Positions 51,101 to 64,000 of a stretch of DNA of 64,000 bases are shown piece by piece (position 1 is the first letter of the stretch; each line of letters starts with the position of its first letter). The position numbers and the translations under genes are program-made. The stretch comes from Phoronis australis (taxonomy: Eukaryota > Animalia > Phoronida): NCBI GenBank assembly GCA_002633005.1, contig NMRA01000015.1, positions 1,717,766-1,781,765 of the forward strand, in the 5' to 3' direction. The notes under the pieces are model-generated. The model was not told the DNA's origin and searched no databases. It was given only the letters and a program-made list of their open reading frames with translations.

Positions 51101-54100
51101 CACTTGCTAAAGAGAGAAGCGATGTAAATACAAAATGCTCCCACAGTAAAAGAATATGTATGCCCCAGAAGCCTTTTATAGCACACGAACCTTCTAAAGA
51201 TAATAAACCAACAACGAAGCATTACCAGTCATGATATGATTACCTTCATCTGTGTTTTCCATACTTTCAACACATGTCTGTTACGATTGGCCATTGGGTG
51301 GTCCTTCCACTGCGGCTGGGACTTCTCTAGATCCTCAATGTATCGGTTTAAATCTCTCATTGACCGGATGCGCCGTTGATATTTACGCAGGATGGGTATT
51401 ACGGATAGATGGTGGCAGTAAAGAGTCAAGAAGAAACACTCGGTGGGGAACTTGGGATCTTGCCAAACATGGGACGGATTATTGTCTGCAAGCAATAAGA
51501 AATTAGGATGAAAATAGTGGTGAAGATCGTAGGGAAATTGATTATGAGCAGCCTGGCTGGTTGGTGGATAGCTTATAACGTAATAGAGAAATAACTCGTT
51601 GAATGTACATGATTTAAACATCAAAACAAAATGTCAAACTTTCAGATGAAAATATTTATTACATGGTTAAACTCAAGATATTAAAGCGAAATGTTCAGAA
51701 TTAAAAAATCAACAAACTAGCAGGTTTTTCAAAATTATTACAAATATTGCACTTTTTACTAAAACCATTAAAGTTTGCGAGTACGCACCACAGAAAATGC
51801 TTAAAAAGTCGTATTTTTTCATGTCTGTTGGCATTACTTAGCAATAAAGTGAACCTACTCAGTTGTTGTAACCATTGGTCAGCCTCAAGTGTGGAGAACT
51901 TGAGTCTGGTCTCATCTGCGAGAGAGAGTCTTGAGCGAGGATGGTGGGGGTAAAGCATGTCCACCTGTGGTCAAGTACGTAAGGGGATCAAGTACATAGT
52001 CTATACACACGCATGAATATCCGCATGCACAGTCAACCACTGATCACTCTGGAGAGAAAGCTTATCAAACGCATAAGAACTAGACAGCACTTTGGAGATT
52101 GCGAATGATTAAAGACAACCAAGATGTATTAAAAGGACTTGCAGAACAAAATAAGTAACACTTAAATCTGCACTTTCTTCAACTTACTGTTAAGTGCAGT
52201 GTGACATATGTTAATTAGTGTGACAAATTTTTCTGTCAAAATAGTATCGGTTGAAACTTTAGGATGAATAGGGACTGAATGAGTGTGCTCAAATTCTGGT
52301 AAACTGACCAGCCCTACGATTTTCAGAAGCATTTTTGACTGGTAATTTGTCATGGAAATGGATTAAATGAAGTTCTATCACAGTAAAGGACATTTTACGA
52401 CCAGTTTTGTTGGGAAAAGTTGCTTAGTAGTAACTTTTGTTTTTAAATAGCTACCATCACTAGATTCATGTCCTTGCAACGAGATGTAACCTCTAAAAGC
52501 AAAACATACCTTATCTAAAACAATTTTTGCTGCCAGCTTCTGTAGTATAGTGACAAAGTTGAGCATGAAACCGTCGGCACAGACAAGGCGCTCGTCGGTT
52601 TGCATCTGGGCTCGCTTCGAGTTACACTCTAGCACTTGAGTGACAAAGGTCATGGTCACGTCGCGTGTCGGACCATTCACAAGTAGAGTGTGAATGATCT
52701 TATACATCTCCTCCTGCAAAAAATAACGTGACACATAATTTTAATCTCTTAAATGGGCAACAATGGCCCAACCTATAAGATCTAACAACCACCTGATAAA
52801 TACACAAATGCTTTAATACGGGACACAAACAATTGCCAAAATTGCTATTTTTCAGTTTTTCATTGAGTAAAACTTCAGTAAAAGCTTTTTTTCTAAAATG
52901 ATATTCCATTTGTTTGTCATACTGTGTCCAAAACCGATGCGAGTTTTACCATAGTAGTCAACACTCCCAATTGAACAACAACTTTTCCATCAACACATTT
53001 TGCATTTGATAGCCAAGATTTCTGTTCTTTCAGTAACTATTGTGTTTTTATTATTGGTTACAGCAAGTGCATCATACAAGACCCACACTGTCAACAAGAT
53101 AACAAAGACTGTTTAATACATAAGACAACACCAGCAAGTATTCTCTTACTTAATTCCAACCAGATCATCTCCACATGCGATATTTCAGACAAATAAAGCA
53201 TGACATCATCTTGTAATATTCGACATCAACAACAATCCCTTCCTCGTAAATCGCCTCTTGCAGAGCTATTTTTGATCTTGAAATGTCACAGATTTACACA
53301 TGTTGCCTGGCAGTTCTAAGTGAGTAAGCTCCCGAACGAGACAGTCTTGCCACCTGGTGGCTGTATCATAAACCCACTCCTGCTCCCACACTTACACGGG
53401 CATACTCCAGAGAGTGTTGTACTGCTTGGTTAAATAGACGGCACTGTTCCTGTGTGGGCATAGTGTCCTTTGGGAAGTGCTTGTCTGCAGCCTTGGGCTG
53501 TAATAAGGCAAAGGTCAGAGGTCATAACACTCAATACAACAGTAGCATCATCTTGAGGTTATGTAGGACCTTATGGACAAGTCAGTGAATGTCAGCAATA
53601 CATTTCAACTCGGTAAAGCATATATATTCTGAAAGTTGTAAGCCTCTGGAAATTGATGTTATAACTTTACATCAATCTGCCACTAATTGGATCGCGTGAC
53701 CATGTCATTTTACTAAAGTTTAGTGAAAAGGAAACTTAAAGGCACATTCATAGGAAAACAAAGGTACAAAGAACATGGGTAAATTTCATTAGATACAAAT
53801 ATTAACTAAAAGTAGCTGTTACAGCTTTCGAAATTATCATTTTGGTTTAAGCACCTTTTCTGAGTATTTTCCCAAAAAATCGTACTAGCCCTTCATGCAA
53901 AAGTAAAAACAATTGCTAAGTTTTGGAGAACTGTGCATAAAGTATGGAATCTGAAAGTTTCATATGAATCTGTAAAACAGTTTCTGAGATATGATGTTCC
54001 AAATTTAAGGGTACTACATAACCTTAAGTTACTGAATTTGTGTTTCTTACCATTTTTAGGCTTTGAAATGTTTGGAATAAAAACAAGACAAGATTTTGAT

Positions 54101-57100
54101 AGGTTTTGCAAAGCTTTGATTTTTTCTTTTGAATCGACAAAATAAGTCTGAGAAACATAGAGGGTAATACGATCACGGCTTTTGTGGATTACTGATAACA
54201 CTTTGTTATGATTATTGTTAGATCTAAGATCGTGCTTCATTCTGTTGCGCGACAGTGCTCAGAACAAGTAGGTGTCTGAAAACGTAATATCTACTGTTAC
54301 AAACACTTACACTGTCATCCAAGAAAACAGAGAGACTAAGAAATGGTCCAAGAAGTGAGTTCTTCTGAATCTCCAAGCCAACGGCATCTGTGATTGGCTG
54401 ACTAGTCCAATTGACTTGTTGAATCATCTGTCAACAAAATCACAATACATGTCTAAAGAGTCCTTTATACTGTCATGATAGCCAATCAAGATTCAGAATA
54501 CATATTACAGCATTGCTCAAATGGCATCCATTTTTTATCTAAAAGATTATTCCACAAAATGTGTGACTGCCGTGTAAAATAGTGTCTGAATATGAACAGC
54601 TGCCACAGCTCTTCTAAATTTTCGAATAAAACATATTTTTTGTAACAAAACGTTCACTAAATGTTGGGTATAGGTCATATCAAGATGAAAATGATAATAA
54701 CAGCTTTGATGTCGAAGTTTATATTCACATTACCTACAAACATGACATTTTTGTTGCATTTTTTAACATGTGCAGCTTTCCTGTAAGTTTTCATTTTGTA
54801 GGCATGTCCGCACATGCAAATATGAACATTATTATCAAAAGTGTCATAGTTAACTTAAAGGTCCATTATTATTGATAGTACTTTCCACTTTTCATCACCA
54901 ATGTACTTATCAAGTTATCAAGTTATATAAGAGTCAAGTATTATTGACAATAAATACCAGGTTACATATAGGAGTAGTATTACTAGCAGTATATACAAAG
55001 TAAGATATAGGCCTAATATTACCAACAGTATTTAAAAAGCTAGATATAGGCCTAGTATTACTAACAGTATTTACAAAGTTAGATGTAGGCCTAGTATTAC
55101 TAACAGTATTTAAAAAGTTACATATAGGCCTAGTATTACTAACAGTATTTACAAAGTTAGATATAGGCCTAGTATTACTAACAGTATTTACAAAGTTAGG
55201 TATAGGTCTAGTATTACTAACAGTATTTACAAAGTTACATATAGGTCTAGTATTACTAACAGTACTTACCAAATTACATGTAGGTCTAATATTACTATCT
55301 GCACTTACCAAGTTGCATATAGGTCTAGTATTACTAGCGGTCTTCACTTCACACATCTCCCTGAGCGTACTCAGAGGTAGGCGGAACTCATCAGTGTCCA
55401 GGGACAGGTGCCTGATGTTATGCAGAAGGCCTTGTAAAACGGGGTTGAACACCTGCACAAACACAAGTGAGCAGACTAAACCAATCACGCAATGTTTTAC
55501 AGTTAAGCTGATGAATGATGAATTGTCACAGTAACGATTTTAATAACGCAACGTGTCCATAATTCCAGTTATTTGTCATTCCAGGCAAGAGGGACTGTAA
55601 AGAGGGGTACCCTCGGGTTCTTTTCTGACATTTTAAAGTATCAACAGTGAGTGAATTTTACAAAAATTGCGGTGGTGCATTATGAAGGTTATCACTGCAT
55701 AAGTAGGCCAGAGGTGACGCACATACAAGCAATACTGTAAGGTCAGTGGTTGACAATATTCACCAATTGACATCATTTTTCATATATCGGCATTCTGTGT
55801 CTACGTAGCAGACGACTGACAGAACAAAATTTCTGCAGGAGATAATTATAATCATACGTAGTAGGTTAGAACTTCCTTTGGTAGTCACTTATTTTAACAG
55901 GTTAAGCTTAATTGAAAACTCACAGCCTTAAAACCGTCTTCGTCTTGACTGAGCGTTAAAATCAATTCTTGTAAAAACCCTCGAGGCAATGCACTGCTCA
56001 ATAAGTAGGGCAATAACAATGAGTCGAGGCAGCTAGACCTGAAAGTAATCCAGATCAGTACTATAACATAAAACATAGTTTGGAGCTTCTATCAACTGCC
56101 AAAAAAGACTAATTCAAAATTCAACAACATGAATAACTTTTATCAACCCATCTTGTACTTTGACAATCTACTCAGATGCTAAAAAGACGGATCTTTTTGA
56201 ATTAGCAAGACCCAGTAAATATGGAGTATCCTATTTTCAATCTTTAAGAACTGAAAGCAGTGTCTTATAATCACTGACTGTAAATAAGATTCAAAGTAAC
56301 ATTTTATAACCACAAGTTAGAAAGTTTTCATTAAATTTCTCAAGCTGTACCTTCAAATATTCTTCCTTTCTACCTTTCAACAAAAGCACAAGTCTGAGAC
56401 AAAAGTACCGTTTTACCCATCATGATGGTGAATTCTATTAAACGCAAAAATTACTGTTAAGAACTGTTAGGGTGGCAAAATTCTAATCTCAAAATGGCTT
56501 AGCCACATTTAATTACTAATTGTCTTATTGATTCCCCATCATTCTCAATCATGAAGGAAGACTACTCTGGCACTGAAATCAGCTTCTGCCCAGACATCAA
56601 GATTGTGAATTTGGGTCATTTTGTTTGAATACTTTTGACTTGCATTGTACACAGATACTAACTGTAAACAAGAGGTCACAAACCTTGGGTGAGTAAAAAC
56701 ACCTTGCACAACAAGCGCCACATACGAGACACACTGAGATCGCGCACTAGTCAGCATAGCAGCAAACGAAGGCTCACTGCAACGCTGAAATGGAGTAACA
56801 ATCAAGTTGTATAACTATGGCAAAAAGCATGATATGTTCAGAATATGTGAAAGAGGAAACAGACAAATGTTCATCGCACAAAAACATGAAAAAAAGCCTT
56901 ATGGATAGCCAATGGTTAAAAGAGAATAATTACAGGCAGACTACATTTTGTACCAGACGTGCTCAGGTCGCTCAGGTGGACCAATGAAAGCATTATTATG
57001 CTTACTTAATATATATTTTAAACCGAGCCGAGGGGCTAGAGACCTGACTCAAGGGTCAAGCAGTGTGGCCCACTGGACTCAAACCCATGACCTTGTACAA

Positions 57101-60100
57101 AGGAATTAGACACTTACCTCACTAGCACTAGGCCAAACTGCCTCTGCCTCTTATAACCAGACATCAGACTTTGCTGCTTTGATTGCAACACGAAATTAAA
57201 GCACTTTGAAACAAGTCATGAACTCATTAAAAAACAAACGATTCATAACCCCTTCACAGTCTGCCTTATGGAAGACTTACTTACCCTGGGGGCGCGTTTT
57301 TCCTCATCCAGCACTCTTTCATAACAGTCTAGCAAATAGTTAATCATCACACATTCAGGCTGGCTCTTTGCTTCAACAGGCAGTTTACGTTCGGGTAATT
57401 TTAACTTTGACTTCATCGGACTCGTACTAAAAATCAAAAAGTCATGACAGTATCATAAAGATGAATAGTGCTTGAATGAGAGTGACAACACATAGACGCT
57501 TAAACTTGACAGAGTGATGTAGTCAGGAGTGACCTAGCAATAAAGTTGACATCAAACCATAAAAATCATAGTTGTTAAGGTTACACAGGACCTTATCGAG
57601 AAGTCCGTGAATTTTACCAAATATCTACAAAGCTATAGATTTGAATACAGTAAAAGTGTATATTTTCTAAAAGAATGGAAGCTAGCAGAATTTGATTTTT
57701 ACTTTTTAAGAACCTGACATTAATTGTGTCATGTCATTTTGGTGAAATTTAACAAAAAAGAAATTAAGGTACATTGATAGCCAAACAACGGTATCAAGAA
57801 CATTCCTAAATTTCATTTGATATAAATGTTCAACAAGAAAATTCAAAAACGCTGTCACAGTTTTCTAAATTATCATTTCGTTTTCGTTTTATGCAACTCC
57901 TGAGTTTTTTCATGACTTTCATAAAAGTCCTACATTTTAATGGACGCTCATGAAAAAATAGAGCATTTTGGAGAACAGTGCACCTGGTACAATAATAAGA
58001 ATCACTTGCAGTAAAACATGCACCATTTAGTTTCTCGAATGAAATGTTATTGTGAAAACCAATTATTGCATCATTGTACATTTTCAATGCACACAATAAA
58101 ATAATATGAAACTATTGTTTTTGCTTATTTGCCTTCAAATATATTTGAGATCTGGGTTTAAGAGATGTACTGAACTTTGAGAAATTGCGTGGAACAAGGA
58201 AACAAAAAACAGACAAAGGTTGCCGCTTGTACGAAACAGTCTCAAATAGGGACTCAACCACACTTACTAAATCTTCTGCATGTCTGTCGTCGTTCACTCA
58301 CCAGTGTTTGTTTTTCTAATACGACAAACACAGAGCACCTTATTTCAGTGAAACTGAATAGAGCCTTGCTCCTTAAAGTTTGGGGCATTTGCATGAAAAG
58401 GTCCCTATTTATTTTCAATAATATTGAGAATTTAACGTAGAATTTTCTCTCGATGTGAGTCAAAGCAAAAACTTGACAAAGCAATGAAGACAAAAGAGCG
58501 CTAGAAAACCCAACCCGTGTTTGGACAAGTCTACAAATGCAAGGAAAATTCGAGCAAAATTTGTTGAGTCTCCATTGACGACTGTTTCATGCAATTGCCC
58601 AATGGTGCGCTGATGAGCGTTACTCACCCTGGTGAGGTGCGTTTGGTAGGAGAGGCAGCAGCTGATGCTGATGAAAGATTCCTGAATGGATCGACTTTAG
58701 ACAACTTGAGCAGCATTAATACTTCAACTAGTATCTGGTTGATAAGGTCTCCACAGTCTGGGACAACTAAAAAAATACAGTACAGTAAAATAGAGTCCAT
58801 CCTCCGTCAAAAGGTAACTTATTAATACTTCAACTAGTATCTGGTTGATAAGGTCTCCACAGTCTGGGACAACTAAAAAAATACAGTACAGTAAAATAGA
58901 GTCCATCCTCCGTCAAAAGGTAACTAAACTTTTGATTTAGACCACTACCTACCACAAAACTGGTACACGCTTGTTCCTGCAAGGGATTTCTAACCGCGGC
59001 ATTGACTGACAGTTTGTTATTGATTGAGACATGACTCCAGTTTTTATGTGCAAAGCATGGTATCGCTGGGCTCAACATAGCAAATACTTTGTCAGTTAGC
59101 CAGTTAATGCAAAGTTGAGAGTTAATGGTTGCTACTCTTTCTACTGAGAAATCAAGAATTTTCAAGACAAGTTTTACTTGTTTCAAAAAAACCTTGGTCA
59201 AGTGAACAACTTCACTGTCATTTATTCATTATTAAAACGATGATTGAATGAAGATGTACTTTATCAATTCAACCAGTGTTTTGAGTGGACATTCAAAAAC
59301 AACAAGGCTACTAAATTCCCTGTGTCAATGGCACTTTGACACGTAGAACACCAAAATAGATTACGCTCCTACCTGATTCAGGTTTACAGGTGTCAGCCAG
59401 GTCAGGTAAAAACACTGTGTCGTCATTGGGCGTCGTCCATGAGACGCAGAACACACGATTGACGGCCAAATTCACGTGTTCAGCACTCGCAGGCTCACTA
59501 CAACTGTCCTGCAACCAAACGCATTATGGGTCAATACTTAGTGAACAAAGTAAAATAAACAAATGTTGGATTAGACACTGTTTTCTAATGGTGTGTCTTG
59601 CCTTCTTTGATATTTTGAATTCATTAAAATAAAGCGACTTAAACACCCCAGTCTGTGCACGATTGTGCTGTGTACAACAAGCAATGTTCAGGCGACATAT
59701 CTGACTAGTTGAACACCTTAAACTAATTCTATCTCAGATATAAGCTGTAGACTTTAGGCACCTGCAGTGTGGCTTTACCCATAACACCAAATGTATAAGA
59801 AACAACAAAGAGCATACAAGTGTGACACTTACTTTCTTTTTCCTCTTACTATCCTGCTCTTCTATATCCATGGTTTCTATGCCCGAGTCAGTGTCTACTT
59901 GGGACTGAGCACTGTAAACAGAGAGAATCACCATCAGCACAAATCTACATCAAATTAAGCATTCATGTATCAGAAATCAACAGTTAATGAAGATGACAAG
60001 TTTTTCTTTGTTAGAACTTCTCTGTGTACAACGTTATGACAATACCAAAGTTGCACCTGGCGAGCTGAGTAAAATCAGAGATTGCCAATTCCAAGTTAAG

Positions 60101-63100
60101 GTTGCAATTTTTTTTAGTTCCGATAAGATATCTCATTTCAAGCCAGTGCTTGATATCAGATTCTACATTAAATGGACCGTGGTGAGCTGAAATTGGATCT
60201 TTTGAATGAAATCTGTGCCCCATTTGTAATTCTTTCATCTATAAGAAATCATTGTAAACTGCCAGAAAGATGACAATTAAGCCCAAGTATTGCATTAAGT
60301 ATGTTTTCTGACTGCTTGTCACCCAAACAAAATCAAAATCAAAATCCAAAGAAAAAGTAAAAAATACATTAATAGCAACTAACAGAAAAATTTATTCTGC
60401 TGGCCATGTCTATTTTTTCTTTGCAGAAGTCAATCCATGAACTTATTCACTCATTAGCATATTCATAAAATGCCAGAGGTTATGATTGGCTAGTAAATAA
60501 ATAATGAGATTTTCCATGATTCTGATTGGACCAAATACATAGTCATAATAACATATTTGATCGCACATGACCTTTTCGAACTTATTTCGTGAAGAAACAA
60601 TAAAAAGTAACTGATCAGTTATATTTCGGTGCCTAAGTGTGCGGGAAAAGTTCAAAATTGTCAACTAGTTTATCACAAGACATGATAAGCTGTGGACAAT
60701 CTGGGAACTCGCATTGTGCATCTAAAATTCAAAGTCGGCACCCGCAATCTGAGGTTGCATTTTTCAAGCTGATACTTATCAAATTGAACCCTGCTTCTGC
60801 TATGCTGAGACACAAACGTAAAACACACCAAGTCATCAACAACACTTAATTACCCTTTATCACAATCTGTGTCCATACTTTCAGATCTACTTCTTCCGTC
60901 AGGCTCATCATATGTAACACGAACTGCAAGGAATGTTTCAGAAAGCTAAGTTAACCAAGGGTTTCTATTCTTCAGATATTTTTTAAACAACAATTGACAA
61001 CCCATGAAACAAGAATTTTTCAAATCTCTGATGATCACAGAAACCCTTTGTGTGCAGGAAATAATGCCCAGCCCGATCCAAGCCCAGACCGGTCCATGCC
61101 CTGCCCGGTCTATGCCCTGCCCGGTCCATGCCTGCCCGGTATTTTGCACTCAAACGACTGACTACCATTTCCTGATTAACAAGGATTTGAAAAACGTAAA
61201 GTTCAACTAGCACATGGTGTTTAAAAAAACATTTGAAAACTGTAATTCATGAAAGCAACTGTTAGGAGTTACCACAAATTTTGTATTAATTTATGCAAAG
61301 GCAACACATGTTCAATGCCCTATACACAAAGAGCAATACTTATGTAATATGCATATAAGAAATGCTGGAGTAAGCCACAGATAAGACTGATGATCAATTC
61401 ACCAGTCATTAAAGCTTCTAACCTGTGTGCATGAGACCAATGTAAACTAAATGAATTGGATTCAACATGTAATAACAGTATTAATCAATAGCTTGTTTCG
61501 TGACTAAACTTGCTTAACACTAACCTATAAACACGAAATCAATTTTCTTCCAGTCATTGACTGCTTAACATCATGACATAGGTTGAAAGCTATCCACTGC
61601 TAATCAGAGCAAGTTAGAAACATTCATTTGTGGCGCTGTCTTGAAACTGGTAGCACCCATCCCTTTATGTAAAACACTAAGTTTTTGATTGAAGAAAGCA
61701 ACTTGCATATGTTGTCTACTAAATACTACGGAGCAGAGACAACTGAGGATCACATCAGTACCAACCAGCAAGACAGGAAAATGATAGGTTCACGGCTGCT
61801 ACCCCCACCACAATTGAGAAACCCTTCTCTCTTGCCATAACTTTAAGTTTTGTGCTGCCCAAAAGTTACAATACACCATTGGGTTGCTGCCCTAAGCAGT
61901 CCTAACTCTACCCCCGCTTTTCAAATAACTCCCTCAAGATCCTGGGCAAGTGATGCACCAGATACTTTAATCTGGCCCTTGCAGAATTCCACTTTTTTCT
62001 CCAAAAAGAGAACAGTTCCATTTAGGAAACTATGACGCATACCAGGAGGGTGAGGCTGTCGTCTGACAGGGGTACCAAGGTCCATGGGAGAAGATTGGCT
62101 GGATGTGGACGGTGCAGACTCAATAGGACTGCTCTGCTGACTGGCTGGAGACGAGGACTGACTTCCTCCTAGACGCGCAAGACGCCTCCTCCGCATCTGC
62201 AATAACCAGTAAGAAAACCATCAGTTACCAGCAGCAGCCTTTCAAAATTTTATAATTCTTTACTAACTACCACTGTTCTCCACAACCTGTTTTGACTCGT
62301 CACTGCATCAAGTTCGAATTTTGTTGTGGCAAGTTTGGCTTACTTGCGTGGAGTTTGAAAGCCTATAAAGTATTGAAGTATTGGTAGATTAGTCGTTTCT
62401 TAAGCAAATTAGGACATTTTAAATTTTTGGTACCAGTTCCATGCATTTAGTCTAAGACTTAACATATAAACTCCCCACAGTAGGAACACAAGTGGATTTT
62501 GTAATTTCAGTTGAGTTTGAGGTTTCTGTTGAGAACACTGAACTACCACATTTTACAAAATATATCATCTTAATGTACCTATTTATATTTTTGATATCTA
62601 CTCATGGGAATTTGAAGTTTTTGTGCCTCTGTTGCGTCCATACTTATGAATGGTAGGCAAACAGGAATATTCTGGTGTCCCACCCATGACATACAGCAGT
62701 GGCATGCACTTGTTTTTTTTTTCCTGAATGTGGTCCTCCCTAACATCATTTAATACCAAAGGACCTGCAAATTGGGTCTAAAACACTGATTAAAATTCGA
62801 GATTCTGAAAAGGCATATAAAATGTAAAACCATGACTTGATAAATGTTTCATCCCATCTCCCATTATTACACTCTCAATCATCAATTGGGCATGTTCTGT
62901 GGATGTTATTGGTTGTCAATGACTTCCAGATAATTTAGACAGCTCAAATGGAGAATTAAGCAATTAGTATCAAACAATGACAGTGCAAGAAAGAGTTTGA
63001 ACGAATATTTGTACTTTAATTTTCAACAAATGGTACATTATTCAGTGCGTGAAACGAGTTAGCAACAGCGACAATCACTGATACCAGTCGCCACAATGCC

Positions 63101-63277
63101 AAATATTGCCATATTCCCGAGTCTGTGATACTGAGACAGGTCTGTCCTCGCGGGTGACTTCAGAGTTCACACAGTTCATTCAAGCAAAAGTCAATAACCT
63201 CCACCGCAAATTGAAAAGAACACGCAGTCTTCGTTACTACAAAACATGGACCTTCTCACCTCATCCAAGTCACTCAT
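42179..63277 (-). CDS. UBE4B: Ubiquitin conjugation factor E4 B (Ufd2 / U-box), 25 exons, ~1102 aa
   Basis: Exons 63277-63260, 62196-62043, 60923-60854, 59911-59833, 59508-59373, 58757(or 58766)-58628, 57426-57285, 56784-56684, 56038-55924, 55452-55309, 54427-54311, 53497-53396, 52713-52510, 51964-51859, 51485-51244, 50601-50477, 49596-49498, 48946-48711, 48134-48008, 47540-47396, 46510-46376, 45597-45394, 43733-43559, 43331-43185, 42234-42179 (3309 nt, phases consistent). MSDLDE|MRRRRLARL start, [50 protein letters not shown]-box [28 protein letters not shown]. Confidence 0.94.
44158..44311. mobile_element. MITE family B short (monomer) form
   Basis: Matches the left arm of 4624-4877 and has its own TIRs cgttcagtaacgctaggaccta / taggtcctagcgtctactgaacg. 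Confidence 0.8.
44312..44710 (+). mobile_element. 5'-truncated Penelope-like element (GIY-YIG tail) with inverted terminal copy
   Basis: [43 protein letters not shown] resembles the C-terminal part of PLE GIY-YIG endonucleases; 44312-44376 is the reverse complement of 44655-44710 apart from a 9-bp insertion and a few mismatches. Confidence 0.8.
46737..46988 (+). repeat. 42-bp minisatellite, 6 near-identical copies
   Basis: ctcagtttaccctaccagatcacattggtcagtacacacttc x6, inside a UBE4B intron. Confidence 0.95.
47773..47878 (+). repeat. ~56-bp tandem duplication
   Basis: gcctggcatattgtgtgtaaactggtggt...aatagagtt twice. Confidence 0.85.
54940..55340 (-). repeat. 39-bp minisatellite (~10 copies) derived from a UBE4B exon end and donor site
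   Basis: Unit ataggcctagtattactaacagtatttacaaagttagat; the first unit overlaps the exon end (NTRPICNL|gtaagt). Confidence 0.92.
57030..57143 (-). mobile_element. Degenerate tRNA-derived SINE head
   Basis: Minus strand has A-box-like TGGCCTAGTG, B-box-like GGTTTGAGTCC and then CCCTTGAG; no complete cloverleaf. Confidence 0.45.
58715..58925. repeat. Identical tandem duplication (period 106 bp) covering a UBE4B acceptor and exon start
   Basis: 58715-58819 equals 58821-58925 by eye. Confidence 0.92.
61066..61140 (+). repeat. GC-rich short-unit repeat
   Basis: gcccggtc(c/t)atgccct-like units, ~4-5 copies. Confidence 0.7.
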
Positions 63278-63463
63278 TGTGTAACCTACACTTCGATTTT
63301 ATGTAGGCACCCAAACAGTACTAAGAGCGAAAACTGCTTTCTGTTTACGCCTGATAAAATTTCCCCAGCTCCACAAAGCTCAGCTGAAAGAAACTTCTGA
63401 TGGGTGTGACGTCAGACAGGAAGTGGGTATGCGTGGTGGTGAGAATTTTCACTTATGCGCAAG
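63278..63463. promoter_or_regulatory. UBE4B 5' region / probable bidirectional promoter
   Basis: Full CRE TGACGTCA 63407-63414 next to ETS-type CAGGAAGTG 63417-63425, between the UBE4B ATG and a divergent ATG. Confidence 0.65.
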
Positions 63464-63475
63464 ATGGTTGTTCAG
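63464..63475 (+). CDS. Candidate first coding micro-exon (MVVQ) of an unidentified gene continuing beyond the window
   Basis: AAGATGG start context followed by a consensus donor CAG|GTGAGT, just downstream of the CRE/ETS motifs. Confidence 0.4.
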
Positions 63476-64000
63476 GTGAGTTGGCGAGTGGAAGCGGCTC
63501 ATAATGAACTGTTAGAAGTTTTAAAGACTTAATGTTATGCATGCATGTGATGCCTTGATGTTGTCGCTACATCAGTGTGGACTATCTATGTGATACCGGA
63601 AAAACAGGCGGTATAACGTACTTAATTTTTTTACTTGGCCGTGTAAGCTACATTCAACGTCAGTCGTCGACCATCGCCTAGGCTAAGGTAGGGAGGACAA
63701 CGTTTTTTAATTTTTTTTACAATACCCATGTGTCATACATTTTTGAAAAGCCCTTGGTGTGAGAAATGAAATGGTGCAAAAATCAGAAAAATTGGATGAG
63801 CGGTTGACGAGAAAATGGCCGTTGAAACGCGACGATTATGCGTAAGATATCTGCCTTTTTACATAATTTCGTAAAAAATAAAAGAATATACATGTGCTGC
63901 ATATAAAAAGATTCGTCTAATTGAGACAAACATGGTGGTGTGTATTATATAAAATTTGGATCGATTTCTACAGAGATATTGCTGTTTAAGTGTGTTGTTA

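Noticed and set aside
57030-57143. tRNA gene
   Set aside because: Only decayed A/B boxes and no cloverleaf; better explained as a SINE remnant.

Overview
Intron-rich, AT-rich animal (invertebrate-type) genomic DNA from a scaffold with one N-gap (8256-8591). I cannot name the species. Walking GT-AG boundaries by hand gave five complete, phase-consistent gene models: two tandem D-2-hydroxyglutarate dehydrogenase paralogs (+), an ING4/ING5-type PHD gene (-) head-to-head with PINK1 (+), and a 25-exon UBE4B (-) tail-to-tail with PINK1. Another gene probably starts divergently near 63464. Introns and the 5' 10 kb hold a truncated LINE, two Penelope-like fragments, several MITE families, a SINE remnant and minisatellites. 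Best leads: (1) D2HGDH copy 2 keeps the metal/catalytic motifs but has Leu at the substrate-binding Lys, while neighbouring exons look homogenised by gene conversion, so it may be an enzyme with a new substrate; (2) a symmetric PINK1 exon puts an acidic LIR-like motif (SDESFELL) into kinase insertion 1; (3) three duplications sit on splice sites; (4) a NAGNAG acceptor at the same ING junction as in human ING4. Exon coordinates are manual predictions without transcript evidence, and human comparisons are from recall.
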